A DNA stretch of 64,000 nucleotides, taken from assembly GCA_051859245.1 (NCBI GenBank), contig JBHYGA010000009.1:1-64000 (forward strand). The letters run 5' to 3'. A program made the translations under genes and the position numbers. Under the pieces are notes generated by a model. The model ran no database searches. It was not told the origin of the DNA and saw nothing but the letters and a program-made list of their open reading frames with translations. The first letter of the stretch is position 1. The number at the start of each line of letters is the position of its first letter. Source of the stretch: Gemmatimonadaceae bacterium (GTDB taxonomy: Bacteria; Gemmatimonadota; Gemmatimonadetes; Gemmatimonadales; Gemmatimonadaceae). Positions 60,469 through 64,000 of this stretch are shown one piece after another.

Positions 60469-62346
60469 ATGTCGACCAGTACTCTCGTACACGCACGATC
60501 GGCCCTGCTCCACCGCCTCACCGACCCTACCGAGGTGGTGCTGTTCGATGGCGCCATGGGAACCATGCTGTATGCCCGCGGCGTGTTCATCAATCAGTGT
60601 TACGACGAGCTGGTACTGCGCGCCCCGGACCTGGTGCGCGAGGTCCACGCGGCGTACGTGAAGGCTGGCGCCGAGGTGATCGAGACGAATAGCTACGGAG
60701 CGAATCGGCAGAAACTCGCTCAGTACGGGCTGGAATCGCAGGTCAGCGAGCTCAATAAGCGCGCGGCCGAGCTGGCGCGTGCGGCGGCGGGTGAGGATCG
60801 GCTGGTGGCGGGTGCGATCGGGCCGCTGGGGGTGCGACTGGAGCCCTACGGTCCCACCAGCAGAGAGGAAGCGCGCGCCATGTTCGCCGAACAGGCCGCC
60901 GCTTTGCTCGAGGGCGGGGCCGATTGTTTTGTGCTCGAGACGTTTTCCGATCTTGAGGAAATCGAGCAGGCGATTGCTGGTGTGCGCGAGGCAGCGCCGG
61001 GCGTGCCGATTATTGCGCAGATGACCGTTGGCCCCGATTTGCGCACGGCCTACGGTGCGACACCGGAAGACATTGTGCGCGCCTTGGAGCGCTGGGGCGC
61101 CGATGTGGTGGGGCTCAACTGCGCGGTTGGACCGCAAACGATTCTTGAAGCGATTGAGCGCATGGCCGCGGTGGCGCATGTGAAGCTTTCGGCGCAACCC
61201 AACGCCGGACTACCACGTGATGTGGGTGGTCGCAACATGTACATGGCCAGCCCGGAATACATGGCGACGTACGCGCGCCATCTGATTCAGGCCGGCGCGA
61301 AAATTGTTGGAGGATGTTGCGGTACCACGCCGGAGCACATCCACGCGATCGTGGAGGGTGTGCGTCCACTCGCGCCGCGTCATCGCGACGCGGTGGTTGC
61401 GCGTTCGCGCGATGTCTCGGACGAAACAGGCGTTGGTGTGGAGCCCGTGCCGCTGGCGCAGCGCTCGCGCTGGGCGGCCAAGATTGCGTCGGGTGCGTTT
61501 GTCACGAGCGTGGAAATTGTGCCGCCACGCGGCGTGGATACGTCACGACTGGAACGCGATGCGGCTACGCTGCACGCGGCCGGCGTTGATGCGATTAATG
61601 TACCCGATGGCCCGCGTGCGCAAAGTCGCATGGGAGCGATTGCTACGTCGCTCATTATTGAGCAGCGCGTGGGCATTGAAAGCGTTACGCACTATTGCTG
61701 TCGCGATCGTAACCTGCTCGGCATGCTCAGCGACTTGCTCGGCGCGAGTGCGCTCGGACTGCGCAACATGTTGCTGATTACGGGTGACCCGCCCAAAATG
61801 GGGCCGTATCCGGATGCGACTGCCGTATTCGATATTGACGCAATCGGACTCACCAACCTTGTCAGCAATCTGAATCGCGGGCTTGATCCGGGCGGTAATG
61901 CGATCGGTGCCCCCACACAGTTTGCAATTGGTGTGGGTGTAAATCCGGCGGCGATTGATCCGGCGCACGAGCTGCGCCGCTTTGAATACAAAGTGCAGGC
62001 CGGTGCGGAATACGCGATTACGCAGCCCGTATTTGATGTGGAGCAGCTTGAGCGTTTTCTGAAAACGATCGAGCACACGCGCATTCCCATTGTGGCGGGC
62101 ATCTGGCCGCTGGTGTCGGCGCGTAACGCGGAGTTCCTCGCAAACGAAGTGCCGGGCGTGACGGTGCCGAAGTCGGTGCTTGATCGCATGCACAAGGCGA
62201 ATGCGGTGAGCAAGGATCACGCGTTGGCCGAGGGCATAACGATTGCGCGCGAGATGCTGGATCGCGTGCGCGATCTGGTGCAGGGCGTGCAGGTATCAGC
62301 GCCGTTTGGGCGGGTGGAGTTGGCGCTTGAGGTGTTTGGGAAGTAG
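60469..62346 (+). CDS. yitJ: Bifunctional homocysteine S-methyltransferase / methylenetetrahydrofolate reductase
   Basis: HMT domain (DGAMGT, GLNC, PNAG, GGCCGT) fused to an MTHFR domain (VEIVPP, RDRN, TGDP, ITQP.FD). Confidence 0.92.
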   Translation: MSTSTLVHARSALLHRLTDPTEVVLFDGAMGTMLYARGVFINQCYDELVLRAPDLVREVHAAYVKAGAEVIETNSYGANRQKLAQYGLESQVSELNKRAAELARAAAGEDRLVAGAIGPLGVRLEPYGPTSREEARAMFAEQAAALLEGGADCFVLETFSDLEEIEQAIAGVREAAPGVPIIAQMTVGPDLRTAYGATPEDIVRALERWGADVVGLNCAVGPQTILEAIERMAAVAHVKLSAQPNAGLPRDVGGRNMYMASPEYMATYARHLIQAGAKIVGGCCGTTPEHIHAIVEGVRPLAPRHRDAVVARSRDVSDETGVGVEPVPLAQRSRWAAKIASGAFVTSVEIVPPRGVDTSRLERDAATLHAAGVDAINVPDGPRAQSRMGAIATSLIIEQRVGIESVTHYCCRDRNLLGMLSDLLGASALGLRNMLLITGDPPKMGPYPDATAVFDIDAIGLTNLVSNLNRGLDPGGNAIGAPTQFAIGVGVNPAAIDPAHELRRFEYKVQAGAEYAITQPVFDVEQLERFLKTIEHTRIPIVAGIWPLVSARNAEFLANEVPGVTVPKSVLDRMHKANAVSKDHALAEGITIAREMLDRVRDLVQGVQVSAPFGRVELALEVFGK

Positions 62347-62349
62347 GCG

Positions 62350-63588
62350 ATGCGCTCCCTTCTCGCGTACTTCGGCCGGAACATCAACGAGATACGGGAC
62401 GATCACACGCTGCGCATATACGGCGCCTTTCTGGCGCTGGCTGATGTGCTGCTTGCGTTTCGAAAACAGGGCCGGTTTCTGCATGAGGGCGCGGAGATTA
62501 TCTGCTGGCCGCTCATACCCTCCTGCGAGGCGCTTCGCCTCCCGAGTGAGGCTGCGGCAACACTTCTGCTCTGGACGTTTTCTGGCGCGGCCGCTGTGGT
62601 CGCGCTTCTCTTCCTGCGAAAACGAACTCTCACCGCGGCGTACACCGGGCTGGTTCTGTTGCTGATCGTGAAGGTCGCGATCATGGCGATCGATTTTCGA
62701 ATGCGGCATAACGCGCATTACATGATGACGATCATCATTGGTGCGTTTTTGTTTTTTCCGGCAAAACGCGATCTCACGCGGATTCTGCTCGTCCTGTTCT
62801 ATGTTGCCGCGGGCACGCTCAAACTGAACTGGGAATGGGTGTCGGGTTCCGCAACGGGGCCATTCTTCATTTTTTCGGGCTCCCTGCTTGTGATCGCCAG
62901 CGCCTATGCTGCGTTCATGGAGCTGGTGGTGGTGTGGGGACTGTTCTCGCATCGACGGCTGTTTTTCTGGGGCGCGATGCTGAACTTGCTCGCCTTTCAC
63001 CTGGTGAGTTGGCCGCGCGTGGGTTTTTTCTACCCGATGGTGATGTTCTGCTTGCTGGCGATTTTTCCATTGGTGTGGTTTTCGCGGGTGGAAACACAAA
63101 GTCTCGCCCACCGGTTTCGCAGCGGGCAGATCCATCGAGCCACGCCCATTGTCGCCGCAGCATTCTGCGCGCTACAGGTTGTGCCGTACCTTTACCCCGG
63201 CGACGCTCGGATCACGGGTGAGGGGCGGCTCTTTGCGCTGCACATGATTGACGCGCGCGTGATCTGCACGGCGCGGGCAAGCATCACGCACAACGATGGT
63301 TCACAATCCGTTGTGGATTTTCCGTCCACCCGCGAGCGAACGCAGTGTGATCCGATCGTGCTGTACAACCGAGCGCGCAATCTGTGCAACAATCGCAGTC
63401 CGTACGCCACGAACGTGCGTGATATGCGAATGCAGCTCACGTCCCGCCTGTCAACAAATCCAGTGTCCGAGACGATTGTTGACGAGCCGGGATTCTGTCA
63501 AAGTGGCCTGACCTATCATCCGTTTCGGCACAACGAGTGGATCAAAGGGCGGAGCCGGTGGGCGAGGCGGGATGTGGCCAAGGGGTGA
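62350..63588 (+). CDS. Multi-pass membrane protein, HTTM/vitamin-K-dependent-carboxylase-like
   Basis: Many TM segments; NAHY, Y..AG..KLN.EW.SG, FH and EGR.F...M motifs; Cys-containing C-terminal soluble domain. Confidence 0.55.
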   Translation: MRSLLAYFGRNINEIRDDHTLRIYGAFLALADVLLAFRKQGRFLHEGAEIICWPLIPSCEALRLPSEAAATLLLWTFSGAAAVVALLFLRKRTLTAAYTGLVLLLIVKVAIMAIDFRMRHNAHYMMTIIIGAFLFFPAKRDLTRILLVLFYVAAGTLKLNWEWVSGSATGPFFIFSGSLLVIASAYAAFMELVVVWGLFSHRRLFFWGAMLNLLAFHLVSWPRVGFFYPMVMFCLLAIFPLVWFSRVETQSLAHRFRSGQIHRATPIVAAAFCALQVVPYLYPGDARITGEGRLFALHMIDARVICTARASITHNDGSQSVVDFPSTRERTQCDPIVLYNRARNLCNNRSPYATNVRDMRMQLTSRLSTNPVSETIVDEPGFCQSGLTYHPFRHNEWIKGRSRWARRDVAKG

Positions 63589-63651
63589 GAACTGAACAAC
63601 TTTGCCGTGTGCGTGCCATCCCTGAGCTCTGCGTGAAGCTGACCGAGATGC

Positions 63652-64000
63652 TCAACCCGCTTGAATTTGTGTGCAACCTCTGCGCCGCAGCAGGCCCACC
63701 AGCACCGGGATCAACCCGATGAGCAGCAACGCCATCGAAGAAGGTTCGGGAACGACGTACTTGAGCTCAAACCTGAGATCGAAATCGTAGACGTTGTATC
63801 CATCTCCAGCCGTTCCTCCAGAATACACGTCGCCTACTGTGATCTCAGTCCGCCAAGGCTCGTAAACAGTGGGATCACTTGAAAAAATTGCGTCGCACAA
63901 TGGCGTCCGCTCTGATTCGCCCGGATAGTACCCGCAACCATCGGAGTAAATGAAGAAGGAGTACGTCTCACCCTTCTTTAGGCGCAGCGACTGCGGCAAG
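63652..64000 (-). CDS. PEP-CTERM sorting-domain protein 4 (5' part outside the window)
   Basis: VVPEPSSMALLLIGLIPVLVGLLRRR at the C-terminus; the ORF is open to the window edge. Confidence 0.85.
   Translation of the reverse strand, partial: LPQSLRLKKGETYSFFIYSDGCGYYPGESERTPLCDAIFSSDPTVYEPWRTEITVGDVYSGGTAGDGYNVYDFDLRFELKYVVPEPSSMALLLIGLIPVLVGLLRRRGCTQIQAG

Overview
Bacterial, GC-rich, densely coding window with no rRNA, tRNA, CRISPR array or recognisable mobile element. Gene content and style suggest Gemmatimonadota (inference only). About 9.3-55.7 kb is a large exosortase/PEP-CTERM-associated surface-glycan locus. It encodes an exosortase-EpsI, a priming sugar transferase, Wza/Wzc/Wzb-like proteins, a PglK-like ABC flippase, an O-antigen-ligase-like protein, 7 glycosyltransferases, 3 polysaccharide deacetylases, a DegT-family aminotransferase and a FkbM methyltransferase. 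It also carries an unusually large set of amide/peptide-forming enzymes: 7 ATP-grasp genes (one frameshifted, two tandem paralogues), 2 FemAB-like transferases, an asparagine-synthetase-like ligase, a CapK/PaaK-like adenylating enzyme and a Mur-ligase/peptidyl-tRNA-hydrolase fusion. Four PEP-CTERM genes lie in the flanks. The three complete ones each have a sigma54 promoter plus an 18-bp palindromic enhancer-like motif (TGTTG-N8-CAACA). The same motif recurs, often as pairs 23 bp apart, next to the locus's NtrC-family activator and next to a pseudo-receiver/degenerate-GGDEF protein that keeps an intact RxxD I-site. Housekeeping genes (AAA/vWA pair, mutY, yggT, MFS, gltA, metH, hldD, yitJ-like) are interleaved. 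The best novelty candidates are the Mur-Pth fusion within an apparent peptide-decorated glycan pathway, the sigma54 enhancer regulon and the putative c-di-GMP receptor. All calls come from motif recognition by eye; no database searches were run.
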